DNA of 63,961 nucleotides, filler included, from Basidioascus undulatus (lineage: Eukaryota), in NCBI GenBank assembly GCA_000826855.1. It is 3 parts of 3 records of this genome, joined end to end, with 100 filler letters (N's around TTAATTAATTAA, not from the genome) between each part and the next. Parts side by side here need not be neighbours in the genome. Positions count along the whole stretch, not along the records: positions 21,742 to 43,367 come from JTLS01000325.1; positions 43,468 to 63,961 come from JTLS01000370.1; 1 more part is not named here. One strand, written 5' to 3'. This document shows positions 41,003 through 54,079 of the stretch, in pieces. Under the pieces are notes generated by a model. The model was given only the letters and a program-made list of their open reading frames with translations, searched no databases and was not told the origin of the DNA. Each line of letters starts with the position of its first letter. The stretch's first letter is position 1. Position numbers and translations under genes: made by a program.

Positions 41003-43367
41003 TCAATCTAGATCATCCGCACTCAGCACCGCCCTGAGCCCGCGCACCCGCTCCTCAATCCCATCCAGCGCCTTCATTAGCCGCTCGACCTCCTGCCGCG
41101 GCCCGACGCAGACGGGCACAGGCGTGGTAGCGCGCTCGGCAGGCGGGCCGATGCTCCCCTCCCTGAACAAGTCCTCCAGGAATCCCTTGACGTCCGCAGC
41201 GACGGCGTCACAGTACGGGTCGCCCGCCCTGGCGCTCGCGGTGTGGAGGGGCAGCCCACCGCTGCGGGGGGCGACGCGTACGGCGCGCGGGCTGCGCAGG
41301 CTGTTGAGCGTGTAGAGGTTGCTGGCGAGTAGGACGGCGACGAGGAGGACGAGGACGGAGGTGAGCGAGCCGCCCATGACGAGCTCCGAGATGGTCGAGA
41401 AGACCGCGCCGAGGACGTCGACGATCTGCCCCGGGAGCGCGAAAGCTAGGTCGAGTAGCCACTGCGATGTGCTCTGGTGCGCCTTGTCAGTCGCGATCTT
41501 GTCGGCGACCTCCGCGCGCGAGCGAGCCTCGTCTGCCGCCGCCTGGGCTTCGCGCGCTTGCGCCTCGTGCTCGGCCGTCCCTGCTGCAGGAGCCGCATCG
41601 TCGCCGCCGCCGCCTTCGGCAAGGAACTCGTTCGAGTGCTCCTGGATGTAGGCGCGCATCGCCGCCTCGAGCGCGCGGTGATACGTCTTCTGGCCCTCGA
41701 CCGCCGACCGCTCGATGATGCCTGCCGTCGATGCGCTGACATCTTCAGCCTCCGCTACGGCAGGCGCAAACTACCCTGATGTAGAAACGCACCTTTGAGC
41801 ATGCTCCGCCCCGTCCACTCGACCTTGGTCGTGACGTGCACCTTACTGCTATGGCTTCCCGCCCAGCAGATGCTCGTGCGGGTCTTGACGCTGAACGCGC
41901 CGCCGCTGGGGACGTCGGGCGTCCGCGTCGTGGTGAGCACGATGACGTAGTCGTCGAAGTCAACGTGCTCGTTCTCGTCCTCGAGCAGGCACTTGGTCTG
42001 CTTCGGGCCGACCGAGCCATTGAGGGGCTTGATGTAGCTCATCGAGCGCGAGAGCAGGTGCGAGCCGTCCTTCTTGGGCGCCCAGTCCGAGATCTGGATG
42101 TCTGCATGGAAGGAAAGCGCGCACTCAGCGGACTATCGAGAGCTTCAAGCGAATGGGGCAAGGGAACGTACCCATGAGCTTCTGGTCGTTCTGCATGAAG
42201 TCCTTGATAAACCCGCTCGTAAACATGAGGTTGTAGATTTGCTCGGGCGTCGTCGGGAACGTCGCTTCCATCGCGACCTCGGTAAAGTGCATGCCCTCGG
42301 GCACCTTCGTCGGACGGTGCGCAGCGGCAGCCTTGCGGGCGCCGCTCGAGCGGTGGTGCATGATCGCGGGGCGGTCGTTACTCGCGCGGCGTGACGCAGC
42401 GGCACCGCCGGTGGCGTCGACGGGGGAGAGGCTGCCCGAGTCGTCGGCGAGTGCCGACTGCTCGAGCGCCGCGCGGTCGCCGTCTTCGGCGACGGGCACG
42501 GAAGGGTGCGAGAGCCGCCAGATGTTGAGGATGACGTCGTAGGTGGTGTCGCGGGAGAGAAAAGAGGCGAAGGAGTGCTGAAATCACGCGGAAGTTAGCG
42601 TGCTGATGCGAAGATGAATGCCTCGAGCCGCCTACTTTGGCATGGAGTGTGGAAATCTGGATGGCGTTGGGGATGACGAAGGCGGTCATCTTCTTCTCGA
42701 TCGAGACGATCTCCGAGAATGGTACAATGAGCTGTGAATAGCTTGGAGATATTAACAAGTCGACGCGACCGCGGAGCACAGGGAGGCGTACAGTGGTGAC
42801 CCAACCGAAGATGTTGGCATTATAGCAGAGGTGGTTCTCCGAGATATACAGTCGACCTTGGATGAGGATTTCTCGCTGAAGCGCGCAGCCGTAGTCTATG
42901 CGATACCCAACATTCAGCCTCAGCCGCGTCCTTTCTTCCGTCCTCCCCACGCCCCGACCGGTCAACCCACCCTCGATCAGGTAGTCCTCCTCCGGCACGC
43001 TTGGGAACATGTCGTGGAACTCGGTGTTCCTCTTCGCGCTCGCGACCGCGAAGCCCGTGATCTGCCCCGCGGCCTCTCCGAAGCTGAGCTCCTCCTCCCC
43101 GTCGGGCAGCATCAGGCTGCTCGCGTTGGAGAAGCTCCGGCGCGGGCGGACGCTCGCGACACCTTCCTCCCACGATGTCCGCGGCGGGCTCTGCGGCGGA
43201 GACGCCGTCGTGACGCCCGCGCCGTGCGCGCCGAGTGCGAGGCCCGAAGACGCGAGCGCGGAGGCGATCCCGTTCTTGCCGCCGATTGAGGCGGACTGCT
43301 TTCGGCGCGCATGGTACGGGTTTGACTTGGCGGAGAAGAAGAGAGAGCCAAAGCGTCGTGTAGGGAA
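41003..43367 (-). CDS. GRAM-VASt (StART-like) sterol transfer protein (Lam/Ysp2 family); 5' truncated by gap
   Basis: TGFAVASAKRNTEFH..F, DYGCALQREILIQGRLYISENHLC.NANIFGW, EKKMTAFVIPNAIQI, SYIKPLNGSVGPKQTKC, TPDVPSGGAFSVKTRT; C-terminal TM and coiled coil. Confidence 0.95.
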
Positions 43368-43467
43368 NNNNNNNNNNNNNNNNNNNNNNNNNNNNNNNNN
43401 NNNNNNNNNNNTTAATTAATTAANNNNNNNNNNNNNNNNNNNNNNNNNNNNNNNNNNNNNNNNNNNN
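43368..43467. other. Artificial contig spacer (N44-TTAATTAATTAA-N44)
   Basis: Same 100-nt construct as 21642-21741. Confidence 0.97.
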
Positions 43468-44273
43468 GCGGCGGCGGGGGCGGGGGCGGTGGCGGCGGCA
43501 TGGGTGGCAGCCCTTCGGTCCCCGCCGCCAGCGACTCGAGGAGCGACGTCGTGCCCGGCGTCATGAACGCCGATCCGGCACCGCCAGGCGTGAAGCCTGT
43601 GCGCATGCCTTCCAATCCGGGCGTGAAGCCCGTCTTGCCCGGGCCGAAGAAGGAGCCAGCGAAGGGCGTCAGGCCCGTGCCGGACGGCGAGAATGGCGGC
43701 GGCGGGCGGTGGTCCGCTACGACAGCATTGGGCTGTTCGACAGAGACGGAGGGCGCGGGCGGCTGGAAGCTGCGCTCGAACGGGTTGAGCTCCCAGTTGT
43801 GGTGCGACTTCTGCGCCGACAGCTTGGAGGGCGGGCAGGCGGACTCGCCGGAGCTCGCATAATCGCCCGCGACCTCGTGCCTCGCGGACGATACGGGCGT
43901 CGCGAGCGGTGAGTTGAGGAAGGCTGCGCGGAGTTGGGAGCCAGGAGAGAGGAGACCCGGGCCGCTGTTGAGAAGGAAGCGGCCAGGCGAGGGCAGGGCG
44001 GGAACAGGAGCTGCGTGGAAAGTCAACGGCAGTCGGCACCCTTACGGTCGCAACCATTTTTATCGTCCTGGGTAGACAGTGAATCCCCAGCAACGGAGAA
44101 GATACTCGCGAGAAGATGAACATCAGTGCCTGTGCCGGTCACTGAGGGGTTTTGTACCCCGGTTTGGGAACGTTGCGCATGGGGCTGGCGCTCCTCCTTC
44201 CCCTTCCCACACTCCTCGGGCTTCTCCAGGCAGAACACTCAGACTCACCAGCGCGAGTAGTGACGGTGGCCAT
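43468..44273 (-). CDS. Atf1/Aft1-like (ATF/CREB) transcription factor, N-terminal part; 3' end including any bZIP lost in gap
   Basis: Exon 1 MATVTTRA, intron 44011-44248; ELNPFERSF (OSA-like motif) and TGLTP/TGFTPG repeats (HRA-like motif). Confidence 0.75.
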
Positions 44274-46872
44274 GGACAAGGTCGTTCGAAGGATTCGAAA
44301 GCGGCCTAGGGAGACAAGAAGCGAGCAAGGCGGGAAGGGCGGTCGACCAGGAGCGACCGAGCGGCGGGATCGGAAGCCTGCACGCAAACCAGAAAACAGT
44401 TCAGAGCCGCCGCTGGATCGACACACGGGACTGGAACTCACAGAAAGTTTAGAGAAGCACAGTGAATGATAAATGAAGACCTGTTGGACGAGCGGGACGC
44501 TGGTAGGTGAGCGAGGGACCGACAGCTACAGCGACCTCGACCTCCGACGAGCAGCGGCCGTCGATCGGGAGACTGACTGTGGAGCGCTGCGTTCTCACTA
44601 GCGGAACACGGACTGCACAATCGAGAAACAGATGTGCCTGCGTACACACACGTCCGCAGACATGTCTATGTGAGCAGCATCGCCCGCAAGGGCGCAGAGG
44701 CAGCGAGCAACGACGACGAGGCGTACTGCGGCGGTTGATTTTGACGAGGATGATGAAGAGCAGAACAGAGAGCGTCCCGTACCAGGGGTCGGGATCCTGA
44801 ATGGGCGGCACTGCGGCCCGCTGCCAGCCAGCTGTCAACCTCTGCGCTTGACTGATCGCCGCAGGCCTCGATTTCAGGGTGTCCCTTGGTGTCCCGCTTC
44901 CAATTGCTCCCAATCTTGCGTGATCCCTAGTGCTTTGTGAGCCGACCTAGTCTTGCATATAGGTACCGAGAGGGAGGGATCGACGGAAAAGACGTCAGTG
45001 GGACATGAGTGGGACCCTCGAATGCTTTCAACGTCATGATGTGCAGGTGCAGCTCCCCTTGCACACATGGACGGGCACCCGCCGGTACGCACTCTTTCCT
45101 TCCTTTTCTTCTCTTTTCTCCGCCTGGTACGCACTCGTCGTACATCCAGTTCACTGCACCACTCAGAAACACACTCATGCTTGCGAGCCAGGACTGCGAG
45201 GCAGCCTGTGTTGAAAGTGCACCAGTTGTTGCCCAGTGCCGTGTCCTCCCTCCACATGATCGACGTGCCCGCACAGCTGCGGATGGAGTGGACCCGGGAC
45301 AGAGCAAATCAGCGACACCTCCGTCATGGTGCCAGTGCAGCAACACTACTTCTCTCCCTGCCCATCGACGCTCGAGCTTGCAGCCCATCTGGCATCGAGC
45401 GTGCGCAAGCGTGAACATGTGGCCAGCGTGAGATCTGTGATTCGAAGCGCCAACGTTCGATGTTCGGACTTGTCTTTCGGAGCGGGTTGTTGCCGCCTGC
45501 CGGTATCGGAAAGATGACGAGCTCTCGGTGCCTTTCAATTTACAGCGGGAAAGTCGTGTTGGCTAACCGCTGGCGTGGGCCCTTGAATGTGTACCGGCTG
45601 TACCAGGTGCACAACAGTCTTCTTAGGGTCCCCTGCATGTGTCTTGTCTGTCTGACGCAGTGGCTCGGTCTAAGCTATGAAAGCACATACTTTACCGTTA
45701 GGAGGTCTCTTTCTGATGGCCCAGTATTACGCGTAGAATGGCCATCTACTGCAGGTGTTGAACTCGTATGCGACGGTATTATAGTATTATACAGTAAACG
45801 CAGTAAGCAAGTGGCCACTGCACTGGCGAGAGACGACTACAGGCAGACTCGAAGAGCGATTTTGACGTGAATTGACCTTTCTAGACAGTTTATCCCACCT
45901 TCCGAAAGCCTTGCTATCTTCCGTCGTGCCGTCGTAACGGCAATAAACGGGGGGAGAGTCGGCTGCGCTTTCAAAGGAGTTTCGCTAGTCGAGCCTCGAA
46001 CGATACATCAGTCATGATGTACAGAAGGAATTTGTGAATTCCCATCATGGTTTATTTCTGTGGGTTGGAACTCTCGTTAGTATCCAGGTGGATCTGCTGG
46101 TTTAGATGTTCGTTCCGCAACTGCGTGCACCTCCGTAACGCAAGCACGGATGTGGGCGTGTCTGACAGAGCTAGGGCTGTTCAATCTGATCAACAGGCCT
46201 ATGTGCGGGTCTTGAGTCCCGTAGCGCTGCGATACGAGTGCAGTACAGCCACATATGAGGACAATTCAGTGATGAACCCCTGACAGCTCTCGAGCGGGGT
46301 CGGGATGTAAGGGTTGTGATCCCCTTACATGCCTTTCTACCCATAGACCCCAGACCCCATAGCCTGTACTTGCCTAAGCCAGCTGGACTTGGTGTGTTAT
46401 CCTACCGGTATGGAGGCTCGATCCCTCCAGAGTTCAAGCTTTTGGCAAAGCGTTACGCGGGAATCGAAAAATCAAGAACGGACCGTGAAGGTCTCGAGCC
46501 GCAAACATATTGCCCTCCGTTATTCTTTGAAAAAAATTACGGAAGACTTTTCCACTTTTTTTCCTTGGCTAAGCACATGGCTGAACGCATGTTTGCCGGA
46601 CTGCGCATTTCTCGACCGGTCGACACATGTTTACTACAAGGCCTGATGATCAAGTGCCACTTTCTCGAGATTTCTGGTACACCACCATATCTTTCATAAA
46701 GGCCGTAAAAATTATCAGTCCCAGCTCCCTCAACTCGCTCCTCAGTGTTGTAAAGTTTGGCAGTTCTAGCATGGACACTTTACACGTGACGGTCGCCGCC
46801 CGGCATCGCCTTAAGTCGTTCTTGAACTCGTTTCCTCTCCTCATCATCACCATCGTGCAAGTCTCTGGCAAG

Positions 46873-48391
46873 ATGCTCACATACGCGGTCCTTTATCCAC
46901 TCCTGGCCGGTCTTACGGTCGGTGCCTTGCTCGCGTCGCCGAGCTCGTCTTCCCCGTTGCCAGTGGTCGTGTACGTTCTGCGGCGGTATCTTCCCTCCCC
47001 CTCCGCTGCATAGCTCATCGCGCGCTGCAGGTGGCATGGCCTAGGGGACAGCGCGACGTCGGAGGGCATGGTTGCGTTCGCGAAGGAACTCGCGCAGCGC
47101 AAGCCGGGGCTATTCGTCCATAACATCTACGTGGACGAGGATCAGCAGGCGGACCAGCGAGCGGGGTTCGTGCGTCTTCCTTTCGAGTTGAAATGTAGTA
47201 CCGTAAAGGCCCAGGCTGAGGTGGATTGATCGGGATCCCAGTTCGGCAACGTCGACGACCAGCTCGAGCGCGTCTGCGAGCAGCTGAAGGAGATCCCGGA
47301 GCTTGCTGCCGCGCCGGCGATCGATGCGATCGGCTTCTCACAAGGAGGCCAGTTCCTTAGGGGTTATCTGGAACGTTGCAGTGCGTATTGAACAGCTTTC
47401 AAACCCCCTGCTTCGCGTTGGATGATAGGTTGCTTGGGAACGTGCGTCTAGATGCTCCGCCAATACGGAACCTCATCACCTTCGGATCCCAACATCTTGG
47501 TGTGAGTTGTATTTCGAGATTCCATCCTTATGATGCGCTGACTCCCCTTCCACGTTTTAGATTGAGGATCTGCCGTTGTGCAAAGATACCGACTACCTGT
47601 GCGTGTGCCTGCCTTGCCCTCTTGCCAGCTCGCAGTACTGGCGTTCTCATGGCCTGCTTGCCGTGCTTCCTTTCCAGCTGCAAGGCGGCTCGCGCCGCAT
47701 CACGATGGGGTGTATGGACGAACTACGCGCAGTCAAACCTGGTTCAAGGTGAGCCGTGTCTTCTCTCGTCTACAGGCCGGCAGCGCTGACCTCCGTCGCT
47801 GCGTCCCTCCAGCCCAATACTACCGCGACCCGACGCGCTACGAGACGTACCTCGGAGCGTCCGGGTTCCTTGCTGACATCAACAATGAGCGCATCTTTTC
47901 GCTCGAGTCTCCGCTGCCCTTCAACGCCACGTACGCGACCAACGTGCGATCGCTGAACCGTTTGGTGCTGTTCAAGTTTTCAAAGGACGTGACGGTACGC
48001 CCATCGGTCATTCAGGAACATCCCGTCTTCTCCTCCTGAATACCTGGGTCTCTCCGCCCGTCATATCCAGGTAGTCCCCAAGAGCTCGTCTTGGTTCGGC
48101 GCGTCCGACCCGGACCGACCAGGGAAGACGCTCCCGATGCGGACGCAGCCCATCTATCTGCACGAGTCGGACCCGCTCGGACTGCGTGGGCTTGACGATG
48201 AGGGCCGAATCGTGTTTGCCGTTTGCGAGGGGGAGCACATGCAGCTTTCGGAGGACTGCTGGGGCCCGGCGGTGGACAAGTGGCTCGGCGGGAGAGAGTG
48301 GGATGACGGACGAGAGGAGGACAAGGTGTGGAGGTTCCCGACGAGTAATGGGGAGGATTCTATGGGCTTTGTGGTGCAGGGATCCCCTTGA
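46873..48391 (+). CDS. Palmitoyl-protein thioesterase 1-like protein with signal peptide
   Basis: PLPVVV|WHGLGDS, FGNVDDQ, DAIGFSQGGQFLRGYLERC, NLITFGSQHLG, LVQ|AQYYRDP, FLADINNE, VPKSSSWFG, CEGEHMQ. Confidence 0.93.
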
Positions 48392-48698
48392 TGCACGTTT
48401 CACCGTGTTTATCTGTCGTCTTCCACATGGCGCTGTCACAAGTCTGCACAGCGTTCATCGCCCGGATGCTCGTGGCCAACTGACCTCGCTGTCTGCACTC
48501 ATAACTTTCAAGTTCCTACAAGTGTGTTCTCGTAAGAATGGCAGAATTATTCAATGGAATTGGCCGCACTTGTGGCAACGAAGCTGCTGTCTCTGCGTCC
48601 GCCGCGTTCAAGGCGCGCGTCATCAAGCGCGAGCTCGAGCGTGCAGCCGGGTTGCCCTTACACCCTCATCGCCCGCCGGGGTATCGTGCATTTCGCAC

Positions 48699-50379
48699 AT
48701 GTCGACCACGCTCAATTACACCGCACCATGTGAGCAATCTGACCAGAATAAACTCCTACCGTCAGACGCTGACCTCTGTTGTCGCGCAGGGCCTGTGCTG
48801 GCCTTCGACTGGTGCAACACCGTCGGACCATCGCCTTCATCCGCGCAGTCCACGCCGTCCCAGCAGTCCTACTACACCCCAGCAACCTACAAGTCCCGGC
48901 CGTCCTCCTCCCCGCCCGCTTACTTTCGCCTCGTCCTCGGATCCTACATCGAGAACTTCAGCAACTCGCTCCAGATCATCGGCCTCCGCTCCGAGGCGCC
49001 CCTCTCCGACCCGGACGCCGACCACGGTGTGTACGATGAGCAGGGCGTTCGCCAGGACTTTGCCGTCCTTGCCGAGGCCCAGCATGGCTACCCGGCGACC
49101 AAGGTTGCGTGGGAGCCGGCGAGCATGCCGAGCCATACGCCGCTCAAGCACGGCAGGAGCGAGCTCCTCGCGAGCACGGCGGAAATGCTCAAGATCTGGG
49201 AGTATTCGGCGGGGGATGGCGGAGCCGGTGACGGGAGCGGGTATGTCGGGCGTGGGAGGTCCCCCGCCAAGGGCAAGTTGACGCTGTCGGGCCAGTTGAC
49301 CAACGTGAGTCCCTCCCTGTGGTGTTGGCAATGGTGGACCCCAACGGACGATGCTAAGCTCATTCCTCCTGTGTGACAGTCCAAAAACCCCGGAAATGCT
49401 GCACCACTCACGTCGTTCTCTTGGAACGACGTGCAACCCTCACACATTGTAACCTCATCTATAGACGTGCGTGTCCAACTTCCCCACCTGTCGTCCCCTC
49501 CGTGCGCTCATTCCCTTCCCTATTGCAGACAACATGCACTGTCTGGGACCTCAATACCCGCACTGCTATCACCCAGCACGTCCAGACATTCCATCTCTCT
49601 TCAGGTGCGATCCTGACTTCCATTTCTCGCTGGACAGGCTCATTGCGCACGACCGCGAAGTCTACGATGTCTCATGGCTCCCCGGCTCAACCGACATCTT
49701 CACCTCCGTTGGCGCCGATGGCTCTCTGCGCGCTTTCGACCTTCGCTCCCTCGAGCACTCCACCATCCTCTACGAGACCGCCCCGCCGCAGTCGTCTTCG
49801 TCTTCGGGCGGCGGCAGCTCGTCCTCGAGCAAGAAGCGCCCGCCCGTGCCGCTCCTCCGCATCCAGTTCAACCCATCCGACCCAAACTACATCGCAACTT
49901 TCCGCGTCGACACCGGTGAGGTCAACGTGCTCGACATGCGCGCACCGGGAGCGCCCGTGGCAAACGTTCGCGGGCACGACGCGAGCGTCACAGCGCTCGC
50001 TTGGAAGCCTGATCCTGGGCTCGGCGGAGGAGGCGGCCTGCTTGCGACTGGAGGTATGCTTGGTATTCCATTTCGAACACGGGAGTACTTACTCTCACTG
50101 CGTCTTTCGCTTTCATGTGCAGGGGACGACCGCTATGTTCAGATCTGGGATCCCTCACACGTTATCCCTCCCTCATCAACACCCTCCACCCGGCCGTCCT
50201 CCGCATCTTCCTCAGTCTCCGCCAGACCTGGCCTTTTGTGCGACCCCATACTCGCATATACGGCGCCCGCGGAGGTCAATTCTCTCGCGTGGTCGAAGAG
50301 CCTCGCGGGCGGTGCCTCGGGTTATGGCGAGTGGCTCGGCGTGGCCGCTGGTAGACACGTGCGGGCTTTGCGAGTATGA
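48699..50379 (+). CDS. WD40 repeat protein, DCAF7/WDR68/AN11-like
   Basis: HGYPATKVAWEP, APLTSFSWN, IVTSSID|TTCTVWDL, TQLIAHDREVYDV, FTSVGADGSLRAFDLRSLEHSTILYE. Confidence 0.93.
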
Positions 50380-50860
50380 GGCTGGAGTCAGCGCGGAGGT
50401 GCTTTTCGTTTTGCGCGTGCACTGTTGTTGCATGGATACCCACTTTGCAAAGCCATTTGCCTGACACGTTTGCGCTCGGACAGAGCAGCGTGCACCTTGC
50501 AAAGCGATTGGTCCGGCGGTCACGCCGTGCGCTACACCGTATTGCTCTCACAGAAAGCAATTCACTTCGTTGAACTGAGGACAACTGAACGACAACTGCC
50601 GACGCAACACAGCGCAGTCACGCCAAATCACAGCCGAAGCACGACCGTAAAATGAGTGACTAGAGTAAAGAATAAGCGAAATCCACGCATATAAGTTCAC
50701 CTCCACATGACAGCAGGGGAGCGCCGGCTCCTATGCTACACGGGAGAGATACGAAGGTAAATGGGGTGAAGAGAGTGGGGAAGCGGGGATCGGCTACGCG
50801 CAGCGTGCTTGTCCATTGCTCGCTCAGTCGCAGACCGGCGAGTACGGCGCAATAACTTGT

Positions 50861-52921
50861 TCAGTTGTTGTAGAGGTACCTGAAATGTGTGACGAACAAG
50901 GGTGAGCAACACAAAACAAGTTGAGGTGAACCAAATGAAAAACGAACTGGTTGCCGAGTGCAGAACGCCCGTTGCCGTTGTCGGAGAACAGCGTGTTCAG
51001 GGTGTTGACGTTCTGCATGTTGTTCATGGCTAGAGGATGGGATTTAGTACAAACAAAGTTTGGATGCTCGGTTGAAGCGCTCGGGAATGCGAACCTCCGA
51101 ACCACGCAAAGCGTTCGATGTAATCGGTCGACTTCATCCAGCCGTTAACCTGTTCATGTTTCGTCAGCCTATGCAAGTATTTACGGAGGGCGCCGCAGTG
51201 CGGGTAGATTGCATACTTTGGACATGAACGCAGCGACCTCGTCCTGGCCGACTTGTGCGCCGCCTGCAGGATGGTCAGTCAGAAACTGCTCCGACCGCTG
51301 CGGCGTGTGGCGGTTCCTCACCATTGAAGTTCCTGCAGGACGTACGAGTCAATGCTGTGAGTTGCGCATTGCGGTAATGTGCTCGAAGACTTACTGGCAA
51401 GCGTATTCGGTGATCCAGATCGGCTTGTTGAAGGTGTTGTGGAAGTCTGAAAAACGTTCCCAGCTTCAGCTCGTCCGATCGTGGAAGACGGGCCTGGGGA
51501 GCGTAGTACCCTCAACGTAAGAGATGAACTGATCTGCGTCCGTGCCGTAGTAGTCTAAAAGAAGGTGGATGATGAGCATGTATAAGGATCTGAGCCGGCA
51601 GTGTGCGTACGAAGGGCAATAACGTCGGGGTTGGCGCCAGCGTTGATAAAGTCTGGCCGTGCACCGTACATCAGGCAACTATCTGCTTGCAGGGCAGCTA
51701 TATTTTACCTTGGATCCACTGCAACATCAAACAGTATCCGTCAGGCCACTGGCTAGAAACCGATGATTCTCAGGACTTACCTGCTTTCCGCTAGGGGCGG
51801 ACGTCGGGGCCGGGGACACGAGGCGGAAACCCTGCGAGCGGAGAGGCTCGATCTGGGAGGAACATGCACGTCAGCATGAATGGCAGCGTCCTACAGCATA
51901 GACACTGACCTGCTGGAACCAGAGAGTCGCGCCATCCTGCGCGCTCATTTGGGCTTGGCCGTCCTAAATGTGTATGTGTAAATAATCCGCTGGAAGAACG
52001 ATTCTCGAGTAGGGCTCAACAAACCTGATTAGGCTCATTCATTGCCAAGACGTGCGTCTATTACAGCGGTCGGGTGAGTATCAGTTATAGAAGCCCCACA
52101 TTAACCCAAGACGATGTGGAAAATGTTGCTTACGACGGCCCATTGCTTGAACTTGTCCTTGTTCTGGTTCCCTGTGATCGCCTCCTCGCTTCAGCCAGAG
52201 ACAACTCGGAGCTCCGTGAGATGTTCTCACAGTCGCTCAGCGACTTCCAGCCCCAGAGCTCTGAAAACAAGACTTGATGAGCGGATGCCTTCATGCGTGT
52301 CTATTTCACTTACGGGGCACGAACTCGAAGCCAAGCTTGTCAGCACCGTCCACCGGCCACGAGCTCCCTAGATTCCAACAATTAAGAGATAGTGTTAGCA
52401 GAAAGATTTTTAGGGTCAATAGGAGGTCAGTACTCACAGGTGTAGTACCAAGAAATATCACCGCCGCTCCAGATGTCGAGCGGGTCAGCGTCCCCGTTGG
52501 CCCAGGCCAGACCAGCCTTCTTGCCTGCATTGTTGCCAGAGGACGCAGGAGTCTGAGCCGGCGCAGCCGAAGACGACGTCGAGGAAGAAGACGAGGCCGC
52601 ATCGGAAGAGGGAGCGGGAGCGGGGCTCGCCGAGGAGGTGGGCGCCGGCGCCTGCCAGTTGTCAGTCGACGAAGTCGCCTGCTCGGTCGAGGACGACGCA
52701 GGGCGGGGCTTGCAACCCCGCTTCTGGTGCTTGGACTCGAAGGCACCACCAGCGGCGCGCTTGGCGTGGTGACGCCGACGCGCAGCGCGTGCGCCGCCAG
52801 ACACGAAGCCGCCGTGCGAGTCGGACAGGCCGGCGTTCGGGTGCGCTAGTGCGGTCGTCGCACTAGGAGGACTGAAGAGGACGAGAGCGCCGACAGAGGC
52901 GATGAGGGTAAAGGCGCGCAT
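50861..52921 (-). CDS. Secreted GH128 beta-1,3-glucanase-like protein (Asl1-like) with Ser-rich linker; many micro-exons
   Basis: Signal peptide MRAFTLIASVGALVLF; KKAGLAWANG, ISWYYTW, FEFVP, LAMNEPN, GFRLVSP, FNKPIWITEYACQ; ends GNQYLYNN*. Confidence 0.88.
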
Positions 52922-54079
52922 TGCGGGGGATGGGAGGTGGGAGGTGCTTGGTGGCCGAGGGTATTAATGCGAAGTGGTACGCGCTGCTGTTCGAAATCTG
53001 AGAAAAGACTGCAAAAATAGGGATGTCAGAGATTTCCTTGTTCACTACAAACGAATTGCAGACACACGCGTGAGACTACTGAAAGGGATTCGGTAAGCGA
53101 GAGAGGACAGAAAGGCGATGAGGGGAGGTCAAGGAAGGTTACAAGCTGGCCAGCAGTGAGCGAGGGTGCCTTGAGGTGCCCGACGCAGATTGGAGGCCGT
53201 GATTCCACCGCAGGGCACGAGGCGGAGGTTGAGGGTGCGGGAATAGAAACGGGGCATACTCGGGAAGCTGTCGACAGTCGAGAACGTCTAATTTTGGGGG
53301 CAGCACAATTTTAACATCTCCTTGAAACGAGGACAAAGGAGCAAGCAGCTTGAAGGAGGACATGGGATGATGGGAGACTTCATAGGTGATCAAGCCATTC
53401 CTTATAAAGACATGGACAGCCTACAAAACAAAGCTACGCAGAATTTGACAGAAACCCGTCGGCGGAAGGCGAAGCAGCGCGATCAGCGAGCTGGAAGGCG
53501 CAAGCGCCCTTGCCAATGAGTGCGCGCTTCGCCATCGAGTCTCGATTCCCACTTGTATCCGAAAGCTTGTGATAATGATATGTAAGCATGGGCCGTAAAG
53601 TGGATGCGCACCGTCGACCCTTGAAGGCAGGAGTTTCTGCGCTGCTGCTTCACCACTACGAACTTTTTCACTCGAGTACAGTATGCAGAATTTCCTCTGC
53701 TTGATTGTCGTGCTCTATCGGTTAGTGTTACCACCACCCTGCGTCCCCAGGCTTCCCAGCGCGCGAATCAAATATACCTCTGGTCCGAGCGGTTGTCCAT
53801 GATGCATATGGGGAGGCAATCGAGCTGCAAAAGTTTCTCAGAATCACGAGCAGAACTCCATAATCCATAACGTTTCATGTAAAAAGAAAAAACACTGTTT
53901 ATACATATGCTTGCCTATGATCTTGAAGTTGTGAAAGAATGCAAGACCAAGCCAGGCGCGTCACTACTACGCAAAGATACGAAGTTGCTCCGAAGGCGTG
54001 TCGGTGTCGAAAGGCCTGCGTATGAATCGAAGAATTTCCGAGTAAGTCTTGTTTTGAGCGAATCCCAAAGAGTATGTGC

